Notes: generated by a model from the letters alone, not told the origin. Positions 55,607-64,000 are shown, counted from the first letter of the stretch. The stretch: DNA of 64,000 bases from Isosphaeraceae bacterium (GCA_965201075.1 CBDAVP010000015.1:124001-188000); one strand, 5' to 3'. A program made the numbers and translations.

Positions 55607-56320
55607 TCAAGCGCCCGCCCCGTCGGTCCGCCTCGGGAGGATTCTGGCGGCGGAGTCGCGGATCCAGAGGAGGCCGAAGACGGGCATCAACGCCAGGCAG
55701 GCCCACTGGTAGCCGGTGAGGCCGAGGGCGAGGATTGGCTCGGGGCGGAGGAACTCGGTCAGGATCCGGAAGACGAGGTAGGTCAGGATATACAGTTTGA
55801 TGAGTTGGCCCTGGAAGCGGCCTCGGCGGCGGAGTTGGGCCAGGATCAGGGCGGCGGAGAGGTGGAAGGCGGCTTCGTAAAGTTGTGTGGGGTGGCGGGG
55901 ACACCCGTCGCCGAAGTCGACTCCCCAGGGAAGGGTGGTGGGCCGGCCGAAGCAGCAGCCAGCGCTGAAGCAAGCGAGCCGGCCGACTCCGACCGCCGCG
56001 GCAACCGGCACCGCGAAGCCGTCGCCCGTCTTGACTCGCAGGTCGAGCGACCATTTGGCCAGCTCGACCCCGAAGTAGCCGCCGACCAGGCCGAACACCA
56101 GCGTCTTGCCGCCGTCGAGCCAGGCTTTCCCGCTGAGGAAGCCGTCGGGATCGGCGAGCAGGAACGGCAGCTTGGCGCCGATCATTCCTCCGCAGAACGC
56201 CCCCAGGGCCAGCCCGAGCCGCTCACGAGGCGCAAGGCCCAGGTGACTCTGCGAGCGGCGGCCGAGCAGCAAGCCGGTCGCCACCGAAAGGCCCATCAGG
56301 ATGGGATAGGAGGCGGTCAA
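55607..56320 (-). CDS. Prolipoprotein diacylglyceryl transferase (Lgt) family paralog
   Basis: GAKL, GGKTLVFGLVGG, GRLACFSAGCCFG, RHPTQLYE, YLVFRILTEFLR; TTG start overlaps the radical SAM stop (TTGA). Confidence 0.85.
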   Translation of the reverse strand: MTASYPILMGLSVATGLLLGRRSQSHLGLAPRERLGLALGAFCGGMIGAKLPFLLADPDGFLSGKAWLDGGKTLVFGLVGGYFGVELAKWSLDLRVKTGDGFAVPVAAAVGVGRLACFSAGCCFGRPTTLPWGVDFGDGCPRHPTQLYEAAFHLSAALILAQLRRRGRFQGQLIKLYILTYLVFRILTEFLRPEPILALGLTGYQWACLALMPVFGLLWIRDSAARILPRRTDGAGA

Positions 56321-57771
56321 CGGGCGGGTTCTCCGATGGCGACGAGAGCCCCGGCCGCTCGCAAGGCGGGCAAGGCGACGTGCCCCTCCCGGTAGAGCAC
56401 GTTATAAGCGCAGAAGGGGATGACGTGGCCGGAGGGAAGGACGTGGTGGGTACAGCACTTCATCAGGCGGCGGACGTCGAAGTTGTAGACGTCAAGGAAC
56501 GAGGTGATCGTGATCCGGAAGACATCCTCGGGGTGCAAGTTTTCGCGGATGGCGCGGTCTAAAAATTCGGTGGCCGCCGCGGGGAGTGGCTCGGTCGGTA
56601 AGCTCCCCCCTGCCCCGTTGGTCGACGGGAAAGACTCGCAGCAACTCACGAGTTTTGCCAGGTATTGCTCGATAAGCTGTCGGGCCCGGTTTCGTGAGAA
56701 GAGAATTCCGTTGGCGAGGATTTCCAGATGGTTGCGGGCGTCGATGAATCGGGGCAGCGGCAGGACCTCGCCACCTGATCGGTAGGCATAGGTGAGGCTG
56801 TGGCAATTCGGGTGGGCGCAGGGCAGTGGAAGGAAGTCGTCCTCGCGAAAGAGGCCGTCGGTTTGTTCAGCCACGGCGCGGATGACGTCGGGGAAGGTGA
56901 CGCGGCGTTCCAGGTCGGCGGGCAGGACGTGACGGCCGGAATAGGTCGCCGGCTGGAAACTGATCCCGGTGATGTGCGGTCGGCCGATCCCGTAGTGGAC
57001 CAGGGGGCCGATCTCGGACTCATTGACTCCGCCCTGGAGCGTGCAAACCAAAGTGGTGCGGATTCCCCGTTCGGCCAGCAGGTCCAGGGCCCGAAGTTTG
57101 GTGGTCGTGAGCGACTCGCCGCGCAGGGCGGTGGAGGTGGCGTCGGTGAACCCGTCGAGCTGGAAGTATAATTCGATCCGGTGGCGTTGCTTCTCCAGGC
57201 CATCGAGCAGGGACGGGTCTCGGGCGATTCGCAGTCCGTTGGTGTTGACCATCACCACGTCGATGGGTTGGTCACAGGCATAGTCGAGGATGCGGAGAAA
57301 CTCGGGGTGGAGGGTCGGTTCGCCGCCGGAGAGCTGGCAAACCTCGGCTCGCCCCTCAGTCGCGACGAGGCGGTCGATGGCTCGTTGAACGTCCTCGAAC
57401 GATTGGTGGGTGCCGCCCGGACCGCTGGAGGCGAAGCACATCGGACAACGGAGGTTGCAGGCCGAGGTCAGTTCGACCAGGCCGATGCAGGTGTGCTGCT
57501 CGTGCTCGGTGCAGAGGCCGCAGTCGTAGGGGCAACCCTTGTCGGGTTCAACTCCGTACAGGGCGGGCACCTTGCCAGGGAGGCTGTATTGCATCTGGTC
57601 GTAGAGGGCGACGTCGGAGCAGACGAAGTCCTCGCGGACGCCGTGGGTGGGGCAACGCTTGCGGAAGTATACGCGCTGGCCCTTGGTGATGATCTTGGCC
57701 GGCACCAGGGCCAGGCATTCGGGGCAAAGGCTCTGGGTGGTTCCCAGGAAGGTGTGGTCTCGAAGTTTCAT
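56317..57771 (-). CDS. Radical SAM protein of the Tes/GDGT-MAS (MJ0619-like) family
   Basis: SLCPEC...CPTHG, GCPYDCGLCTEHEQHTC, CNLRCPMC, QLSGGEPT, NTNG, YFQLDG, PCAHPNC, KCCTH...IPFCAYN. Confidence 0.85.
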   Translation of the reverse strand: MKLRDHTFLGTTQSLCPECLALVPAKIITKGQRVYFRKRCPTHGVREDFVCSDVALYDQMQYSLPGKVPALYGVEPDKGCPYDCGLCTEHEQHTCIGLVELTSACNLRCPMCFASSGPGGTHQSFEDVQRAIDRLVATEGRAEVCQLSGGEPTLHPEFLRILDYACDQPIDVVMVNTNGLRIARDPSLLDGLEKQRHRIELYFQLDGFTDATSTALRGESLTTTKLRALDLLAERGIRTTLVCTLQGGVNESEIGPLVHYGIGRPHITGISFQPATYSGRHVLPADLERRVTFPDVIRAVAEQTDGLFREDDFLPLPCAHPNCHSLTYAYRSGGEVLPLPRFIDARNHLEILANGILFSRNRARQLIEQYLAKLVSCCESFPSTNGAGGSLPTEPLPAAATEFLDRAIRENLHPEDVFRITITSFLDVYNFDVRRLMKCCTHHVLPSGHVIPFCAYNVLYREGHVALPALRAAGALVAIGEPAR

Positions 57772-58109
57772 GAGGGGCGATCCTTGTGAGGCCATAGCCG
57801 ACGGGCGATCGAGATCATGGTCAGAAGGGCGGCTCCCAGGCCGATGACGATCGGGATGGCAAGGGGGGACGACCCCGACACGATCGTGCTTCGTACACCG
57901 ATGGCCAGGCAACCGACCGGCATACAGGTCCCGACGAACGCGACGGTCCCCGTGACAAGGAGCAGAAGCATCAACGCACGAGCGACCCCAAGACTGACGG
58001 CGGCCCACGCGATCGCGACCATCAACGCCCCGAGGCTGATCCGGTTCCGGGACGGCCGAGAAGGCGGCTGAGGGGCTATGTCCGGGGTTTCGTCGGCGGG
58101 CGTGGTCAT
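57768..58109 (-). CDS. Small membrane protein with AFVGTC-x-P-x-x-C motif
   Basis: Three hydrophobic segments, VAFVGTCMPVGC, GLGAALL, RRLWPHK; ATGA overlap with the radical SAM start. Confidence 0.75.
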   Translation of the reverse strand: MTTPADETPDIAPQPPSRPSRNRISLGALMVAIAWAAVSLGVARALMLLLLVTGTVAFVGTCMPVGCLAIGVRSTIVSGSSPLAIPIVIGLGAALLTMISIARRLWPHKDRPS

Positions 58110-58125
58110 CGCGAATCCGCCTCGG

Positions 58126-58683
58126 TCAGGGATCGGGCTCTTTTGAGGTTTCCGGGGGAACGTCGCCGGGGCGGTCGGTTCCGAGCGGCGGCGTGCTTTC
58201 TTGTGGGTCCGCCTTGTGGCGCCAGAGGCGCGGGCCGAGGGTCAGGAGAACCAGGAGAGCCGCTCCTCCGCCGACGGCCCAGGGGACGTACTCGGAGAAT
58301 GGTGGCGTCGTTTCGTGACCAGGGCCGCCCAGGTTGACGGTCATGCAACTCAGGGGCAAGCAGGTGCCGACGAAGGCGATGCCCGAGACCAGGAGAGTGA
58401 GAATTGTCACCCCCGCGGACGTGAGATACTCGGCGAACTCAGCCGCTCCGCTCAAGGGTTGGCCGGTGGCCCGACGGCGGGCGATCCACAACGATGCCCG
58501 CACCTGAGTGGGGACCACGAGCAGGAGAAAGGGAATCCCCAGACCCGGTAAACCCCAGGCGATCGCCAAACCGATCGCGATCAGAAGAGTCGCGCTGATC
58601 GCCGTGGTCAGGAACGGTCGGGGCGGTCCCGGCTCTGGCGAGGCGCGGGGCGCCTGGTAGGGATTGTCGTCGGAACTGGTCAT
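58126..58683 (-). CDS. Small membrane protein with NPYxxP and AFVGTC-x-P-x-x-C motifs (paralog of 57768-58109)
   Basis: DNPYQAP, several TM segments, IAFVGTCLPLSC, GGGAALL, PRLWRHK; GGAG RBS. Confidence 0.75.
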   Translation of the reverse strand: MTSSDDNPYQAPRASPEPGPPRPFLTTAISATLLIAIGLAIAWGLPGLGIPFLLLVVPTQVRASLWIARRRATGQPLSGAAEFAEYLTSAGVTILTLLVSGIAFVGTCLPLSCMTVNLGGPGHETTPPFSEYVPWAVGGGAALLVLLTLGPRLWRHKADPQESTPPLGTDRPGDVPPETSKEPDP

Positions 58684-59079
58684 GGCGACTCCGTAGCCGT
58701 CGGTCCGACCGCGAACTTGAGGAAGGGTCGGTTCGGGGCCTTGGGCGAGAGCGACATCGCGCGGCGTCCGAGGGAAGGAGCGTCCCCCATCCTTAAATCC
58801 CGGGGGCGTCGCCGCAAGCCCCGACCCGTTGCGGTCCGTTCCGAAGATCGAGAAATAGGCCGGGGTCGTCTCATCCGGGACAACGTCAAGGGCTCGATTT
58901 GGATTGTCGCCCCCGGAGGAGACTCATGGGGGAGTCGTGGCCCGAGATTTCGGTTGTCGAGAAAGGGTGCGGCGTGTGGGGCACCTGACCTTGCAATCGC
59001 GGCCCATCGCCAGTCAACTGGTCACTCCCCGGCGGCCGGGATTCCCCCGAGCCCCGCGACCAGCCAAGGCGGGCGACGC

Positions 59080-60840
59080 ATGTTCCGGATCAGCCACGTC
59101 ATCGGCATCCACCGAGGGTACGACCGCCGCTGCCTGGCCGAGATTCAGGACCTCTTTGCCCAGGCCTTCCCCGAACTGGCCGAGGATGCCGACTACATTC
59201 CTCGCAAGCTGGTCGACCAGTCGGCGAGGGGCTACCCGTGCATCCTTCTGGTCGCCCATGGCGAGGGGGATCGGGTCATCGGGTTCGCCCTGGCCGACTT
59301 CTTCGAGGGGATCGGTTATGCCTATCTCGACTTCATCATCACTCGGGCCGAGCAGCGTGGGCGAGGGCTCGGGGGCGCCTTGTATGAAGCGCTTCGCGAT
59401 GACGTCATCGACCGCGGAGCGATGGGCCTGTTCCTGGAAGTCCCCACCGACGACCCCAAGCAGGTCAAGAACTCCGTGCATCTGAAGTCGAACAAGGATC
59501 GACTGAAATTCTACGAACGCTACGGCGCACGGCCGGTCATGGGAACCCTGTACGATGAGGCGATCCGACCGGGTCAGCCGATCGAGCCTCGGCTGCTGTA
59601 TGACCCGCTCAACAACACCAACCCGTTGGAAGCCGATGAACTGAAAAAGGTGATCCGGTCGATTTTGACCTTGCGGTATGAATACGACCCGGACGACCCT
59701 TATGTGAAGACGGTGGTGGCCTCGGTCAAGGAGTCGCCGGTCCGCATTCGCGAACCGTTGTATGCCGGGCCGGGAGAGACCAGGTTCAAACTACCGAGAC
59801 GTCTACATCCGCTGAAGGTGTTTTGCTCGGCGGGGCACGCCTTGCATCACGTCCGAGAACGCGGCTATGTCGAGCGGCCGGCGCGGGTGGACGTGATCCT
59901 CAAGGCGCTGGATGCCCTGCCCGACGTCGAGAAACTGCCGGTTCGGAACTTCGGAGAGGCCCCGATCCGCGCTGTTCACGACAAGGATTTCGTTAACTAC
60001 CTGCGCAACATCTGCCAGGACCTGCCCAAGGGGGAGATGGTCTATCCCTACGTCTTTCCGATCCGGCGGACCGACCGACCGCCCCACGACCGGAGCATCC
60101 GCGCGGGGTATTATTGCATCGACACCTTCACCCCCTTGAGCCGCGATGCCTACAAGGCCGCCCGCTCGGCGGTGAACGTGGCCCTTTCGGGCGCCGAGGC
60201 GATTTTGACGGGCGAGCCGTTGGTGTACAGCCTCTGCCGTCCGCCGGGTCACCATGCCGAACGCGACACGTACGGCGGATTTTGCTACTTCTGCAATGCC
60301 GGGATCGCCGCGCAATATCTCCGGTCTCGCTCGGGGGAACGGGTCGCGATCCTGGATGTCGACTACCACCACGGCAACGGCGCCCAGGACTTGTTTTACG
60401 ATCGTTCCGACATTCTCACAGTCTCGATCCACGGCCATCCCAGTTTTGCCTATCCGTATTTCACAGGATTCGCGGACGAGACGGGCGAGGGGGAGGGGCT
60501 GGGTTTCAACCGGAATTTCCCCCTTCCCGAGCACGTCACCGACGGGCGCTACCTGGAAGAGCTGGATGAGGCCATCGAGCTCGTGCGGGCCTTCAAGACG
60601 CAGATTCTGGTGGTGCCGCTCGGTCTGGACATCGCCAAGGCCGACCCAACCGGCACCTGGAGTTTGACGCCCGAGGGATTGTTCGAGGTCGGTCGTCGGA
60701 TCGGTAGCTTGAAACTCCCCACCCTGCTGGTGCAGGAGGGAGGCTACAACATCCGCACCCTGGGACGCAACGCCGTGAGAATGCTCAGCGGGGTCTGCGC
60801 CGGAGCCCTGGGACGCCGCAAGACCCGCTCCCGAGGCTGA
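59080..60840 (+). CDS. GNAT acetyltransferase fused to histone-deacetylase/acetylpolyamine amidohydrolase domain
   Basis: YLDFI, QRGRGLGGALY, FYERYG (GNAT); ERPARV, RPPGHHA, GGFCYFCN, LDVDYHHGNG, LGLD, QEGGY (HDAC family). Confidence 0.9.
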   Translation: MFRISHVIGIHRGYDRRCLAEIQDLFAQAFPELAEDADYIPRKLVDQSARGYPCILLVAHGEGDRVIGFALADFFEGIGYAYLDFIITRAEQRGRGLGGALYEALRDDVIDRGAMGLFLEVPTDDPKQVKNSVHLKSNKDRLKFYERYGARPVMGTLYDEAIRPGQPIEPRLLYDPLNNTNPLEADELKKVIRSILTLRYEYDPDDPYVKTVVASVKESPVRIREPLYAGPGETRFKLPRRLHPLKVFCSAGHALHHVRERGYVERPARVDVILKALDALPDVEKLPVRNFGEAPIRAVHDKDFVNYLRNICQDLPKGEMVYPYVFPIRRTDRPPHDRSIRAGYYCIDTFTPLSRDAYKAARSAVNVALSGAEAILTGEPLVYSLCRPPGHHAERDTYGGFCYFCNAGIAAQYLRSRSGERVAILDVDYHHGNGAQDLFYDRSDILTVSIHGHPSFAYPYFTGFADETGEGEGLGFNRNFPLPEHVTDGRYLEELDEAIELVRAFKTQILVVPLGLDIAKADPTGTWSLTPEGLFEVGRRIGSLKLPTLLVQEGGYNIRTLGRNAVRMLSGVCAGALGRRKTRSRG

Positions 60841-61043
60841 CGCGACTGGGCTGTTGACATCGAGGGGGAATGAGGGGGCCGCTGGCGCCCCACGAGAAAA
60901 ATCTTGCGTGAGGCCCGCGACCCCCTTGATCGGGAACCTGCGTGATTTTACTCTATGAATCGCACCACGTATGAGCCTTTTCGGAATATGATTGGTGCGT
61001 AGAGTGATCCCCTCTCCACCCCCCCCCCCCGCGAGCGCACGCC

Positions 61044-61568
61044 ATGAGGAAGTCCAGAACGTTTTGCCCCGATGCCGTCGCACCGCTGGAAGAGCGAGTG
61101 GTCGCCGCGTCTCACCTTCACGCCGCGTTGCACGTTGCTTCGGTGGTGCCCGCGGTGCCCGTTGTCACGACCCGGTCCCTGAACCAGGTGGTTCAGGGGG
61201 CTTACAACAGTTTCTCGTCGTTCCTGAACGACTATCAAAAAGTCATCCGGACGATCCGGGTCGACGCGACCGGCAATCCCAGTGACGCCGACCTGAACCG
61301 TTTCTATCATTTCCTGGACGTCCGGACCCAGAAGTTCAGCAACCAATTGACGGCGCTCTCGGGCAAGGTCCCCTACGGCCGAGTGAACCTTGCCCCCGCC
61401 TTCCAGGACCGGGTGGCGGGGCTCGCCGACACACTCGCCTCGGTCTCGACGGTCCAGGAGGCCCGGCATCCAGGCCCTGCGACCTTGGACGCGTTCCGGG
61501 GAGTCAAGTCCGATCTCCAGGCCTACGTTTCCGACAGTGTCCAGTCGGGCCTCTTCCGGGTCCGCTGA
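61044..61568 (+). CDS. Hypothetical, probably exported planctomycete protein
   Basis: N-terminal MRKSR...APLEERVV resembles the planctomycete LExRxL extracellular signal; helical body. Confidence 0.6.
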   Translation: MRKSRTFCPDAVAPLEERVVAASHLHAALHVASVVPAVPVVTTRSLNQVVQGAYNSFSSFLNDYQKVIRTIRVDATGNPSDADLNRFYHFLDVRTQKFSNQLTALSGKVPYGRVNLAPAFQDRVAGLADTLASVSTVQEARHPGPATLDAFRGVKSDLQAYVSDSVQSGLFRVR

Positions 61569-61649
61569 TTGGACCGTGTCGACGCCGACTCGGGCGGCCC
61601 CGCTGGCCAACGGCGAGGCCGCCCCGTTGCCGCATTCTGAGCTGCGGGC

Positions 61650-62615
61650 TCACTTGCTGGGCTTCGCTTCCTCGTCACCTTTCGGCAAGGCGCGGTCGTG
61701 ACCTTGCCGGCGTTTCTGCTCGCGACGCTCGGCCTGGAAGGCGTCGAAACGGGTCTGGGATTCGCCCCAGGAGAAGGTGGGAGATTGCGACGGGTCGAAG
61801 CCGTCAAGGTGACTGGCCTCTTCGGACTTCCGTAGCGACGGCGGTTGGTAGCGATAGGGGCCGTCACCGTAAACCTCGACGAGGAGCGGGACCACGCCGG
61901 GATCGTAGGTCTTGAGCTCTTCCCGGGTATCGACCTCGTTGTGAGAGGCATTGGGCTGAGACTGGTTACAATCGAACCAGGACTGTACGACCTCGGCCCA
62001 GTATTCGTCGGGGTTGGTCGCCGCGTAAGTGCTTTTCCAGAGACCTTTGTCGAGCGCGGCGTGATAGCTGGCCTTGAGGCGGGCCCGGAAGGTCGGGTCA
62101 ACGTCGCGGAGACCCAGGTCCTCGGTCGCGTGCGCGAATTCGTGGATCAAAATGTTTTCGCCGCGGTAGGGGTCGCCGGGAAACCCTAACAGGTTCTCCT
62201 CACCGCAACTGACCACGGGGGAATCGCGAGAGGCACCCAGTCCGCGAGCCCGGACGTCCCAGTACGCCTTGGGGGTCATCGTCCGCTGCTCGGGGAGGTC
62301 GGTCGTCCGCTCCGTGGCGGCCATCACCGCGACGCGGAGCTTGTTGCGGATCATCGCCGCGCGAACGTCAGGCCGACCCGCGAGCATGTGATGGACCAGG
62401 TTGGCCGCTTCCCGCAACGCCGGGTCCGACACCGCGGCCGAGGACACGACCGGCAGGCCCTCGGCGTCCAGATATTTCCGGTAGAAGGGGTCGAGCCGCA
62501 GCGCTGGTGGCGGCGCGGTGATCGGTGCTAGGTCGGCGGCTTGAAGCGAACTGACATGGGGGACGACGAGAGAAAGGAAAACCAGGCCCAAACCAAGACG
62601 AAGTCGCGAATTCAC
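61650..62615 (-). CDS. Exported zinc-dependent peptidase-like protein (HEFAH)
   Basis: Signal peptide, RARGLG, EENLL, ENILIHEFAH, YAATNPDEYWAEVVQSWF, LKTYDP. Confidence 0.75.
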   Translation of the reverse strand: MNSRLRLGLGLVFLSLVVPHVSSLQAADLAPITAPPPALRLDPFYRKYLDAEGLPVVSSAAVSDPALREAANLVHHMLAGRPDVRAAMIRNKLRVAVMAATERTTDLPEQRTMTPKAYWDVRARGLGASRDSPVVSCGEENLLGFPGDPYRGENILIHEFAHATEDLGLRDVDPTFRARLKASYHAALDKGLWKSTYAATNPDEYWAEVVQSWFDCNQSQPNASHNEVDTREELKTYDPGVVPLLVEVYGDGPYRYQPPSLRKSEEASHLDGFDPSQSPTFSWGESQTRFDAFQAERREQKRRQGHDRALPKGDEEAKPSK

Positions 62616-62725
62616 GGCGATCCTCCGAAGGCTTCATTGCGTCGCCCAGGGTGATCGTAACCATAACCTGCGTGCAATGTCACGAGAAACCAGGATGGAG
62701 GTCGGCCCGCCGGTCGATCGGTCTG

Positions 62726-63421
62726 TCAGTCGCAAGAAACACGAACTCGGAGGCGATCCCTGAGTGCGTCGCGGTCGAAATCGACCAGGTTCGGGACGGC
62801 GAGGTCGGCCCCGGCGACGAGGAGGGTGGACAGGGGATGGTGGGTGCCTACCCCCACGGCCAACATCCCCGCGGCCTTCGCGGCCTGGATGCCGACGGGT
62901 GCGTCCTCGAAGACCACCGTTCCCCTCGGGTCGACACCGGCGCGAGCGGCAGCGACCATGAAGACTTCGGGGTCGGGCTTGCCTCGGCGAATGTCCTCGA
63001 CCGAGGCGATCGCCGAGAAACGTCCGGCGAGACCGCATTGCTCAACCGTTAGGTCGAGGTTGGCCCGCACGGCGCTGGAGCCGATGGCGAGGCGAAATCC
63101 GTCGGCCGTCAAGCCGTCGAGCAGCTCCCGGACGCCCGGCATCAACACAATTTGGCCCCGGGCGGACTCTCGGTAACAGGCTTCCTTGCGGGCCTCGAAC
63201 CGCTTCAGGTCATCGTCGGTCGGCCCGTCACCAAGAAGTTGGCGGAAGATGTCGATGTTGGTGCGGCCAAAGGTTTCTCGGATCAATTCCGCCGTGACGG
63301 GCAGCCCCTCTCGTCGGCCCATCTCAACCCAGCCTTGCTGGTGGAGGGCGAGCGAGTCGACCAGGACCCCGTCATGGTCGAAGATCGCCAGAAGCGGGGG
63401 GGCGGTCGAGTTCGCGTTCAC
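62726..63421 (-). CDS. HAD family phosphatase (beta-phosphoglucomutase-like)
   Basis: IFDHDGVLVDS, GSSA, GKPDPEVF, VFEDAPVGIQAAKAAGM; GTG start overlaps upstream stop. Confidence 0.9.
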   Translation of the reverse strand: MNANSTAPPLLAIFDHDGVLVDSLALHQQGWVEMGRREGLPVTAELIRETFGRTNIDIFRQLLGDGPTDDDLKRFEARKEACYRESARGQIVLMPGVRELLDGLTADGFRLAIGSSAVRANLDLTVEQCGLAGRFSAIASVEDIRRGKPDPEVFMVAAARAGVDPRGTVVFEDAPVGIQAAKAAGMLAVGVGTHHPLSTLLVAGADLAVPNLVDFDRDALRDRLRVRVSCD

Positions 63422-63717
63422 TTGCCGGGAATCGGCAGCCAGTCGCGGGTCTGATAATCCTGGAAGAACAGAACCATCATGATTCCCAGCCAAAGGAACG
63501 AGGCGCCGGCGAAGGCCCAGGTGAGCTTACTGCTAAACTTCACATGCATGAAGAACAGCAAAATCAACACGGCCTTGGCCACCGCGATGGCCATCGCCAC
63601 GGCCAGGTTGGCCCGGCCGAGGTCGACGAAGGCCGCGCCCACTGTCAGAAACAGGAGCAACAAGAGCAGTCCGAAGATCTGGTAGTAGACCCGAACTGGC
63701 AAGACGTGTTGGCTCAT
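63418..63717 (-). CDS. Cytochrome c oxidase subunit IV family protein
   Basis: Three TMs, IAVAKAVLILLFFMHVK, DY.TR; follows subunit III. Confidence 0.88.
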   Translation of the reverse strand: MSQHVLPVRVYYQIFGLLLLLLFLTVGAAFVDLGRANLAVAMAIAVAKAVLILLFFMHVKFSSKLTWAFAGASFLWLGIMMVLFFQDYQTRDWLPIPGK

Positions 63718-63998
63718 TTGTGGATATCAATCAGGTATAAGAGGGGGTAGAGGAACACCCAGACAATATCGACAAAGTGCCAGTAAAGGCCCGCCATCTC
63801 AATTTGGGTATGGCCGCCCCCGGACATCCACCGGCTGGAGACAAGTCCCATGAGAATGGCCAGCATCGCCAGGCCGATGATCATGTGCAGGGCATGGAGA
63901 CCGGTCATGAAGAAATAAAGCAGGAAGAACCGCTCGGCGCGACCGGCGTCGGTCGAGGCGATCCGCTCCAGGCCGACGGACTCTCCCACGGCGGGCGA
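63714..63998 (-). CDS. Cytochrome c oxidase subunit III (C-terminal part; 5' end outside window)
   Basis: YFFMTGLHALHMIIG, GLYWHFVDIVWVFLYPLLYL. Confidence 0.92.
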   Translation of the reverse strand, partial: SPAVGESVGLERIASTDAGRAERFFLLYFFMTGLHALHMIIGLAMLAILMGLVSSRWMSGGGHTQIEMAGLYWHFVDIVWVFLYPLLYLIDIHK

Positions 63999-64000
63999 TT

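Noticed and set aside
58684..59079. Possible riboswitch or ncRNA in the ~400-nt intergenic region
   Set aside because: No recognisable conserved riboswitch motif or convincing terminator; more simply a divergent promoter region. An Rfam scan would settle it.
63720..63728. DnaA-box-like TGTGGATAT
   Set aside because: Single mismatched copy inside the cytochrome oxidase subunit III coding sequence; no cluster.
1..64000. CRISPR array, tRNA/rRNA, transposase or integrase
   Set aside because: No regularly spaced direct repeats, cloverleaf/rRNA signatures or DDE/tyrosine recombinase motifs recognised by eye.

Overview
High-GC bacterial chromosome segment, almost certainly from a planctomycete (inferred from a PVC-type CxxCH protein, a DUF1559 prepilin-like gene with its ECF sigma/FecR/lipoprotein partners, a DUF1570-like protein and NPYxxP / LExR-type motifs; Isosphaeraceae-like). 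It holds about 50 densely packed genes. I recognised no rRNA, tRNA, CRISPR array or intact mobile element. Housekeeping genes include rhaB, larE, fumC, panB, a pterin dehydratase and cytochrome c oxidase subunits III/IV. The most notable feature is a four-gene minus-strand operon (55607-58683), largely translationally coupled. It encodes two paralogous small membrane proteins sharing an AFVGTC-x-P-x-x-C motif, a radical SAM enzyme with the cysteine architecture of archaeal tetraether lipid synthase (Tes/GDGT-MAS), and a divergent Lgt-type diacylglyceryl transferase; together these suggest an undescribed protein-lipidation / lipid cross-linking system. Also notable are a lysine 2,3-aminomutase plus two ATP-grasp ligases with a divergent M20 amidohydrolase and a nearby GNAT-deacetylase fusion, a transglutaminase/glycosyltransferase/free lipoyl domain/thioesterase cluster, an alpha/beta-hydrolase-trypsin-degenerate EEP fusion, a GHMP kinase-UDP-sugar pyrophosphorylase fusion, a Ser/Thr kinase with a heme-c sensor domain, and an orientation-independent GC-skew reversal mid-window. 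All functional calls come from motif reading by eye; no searches were run.
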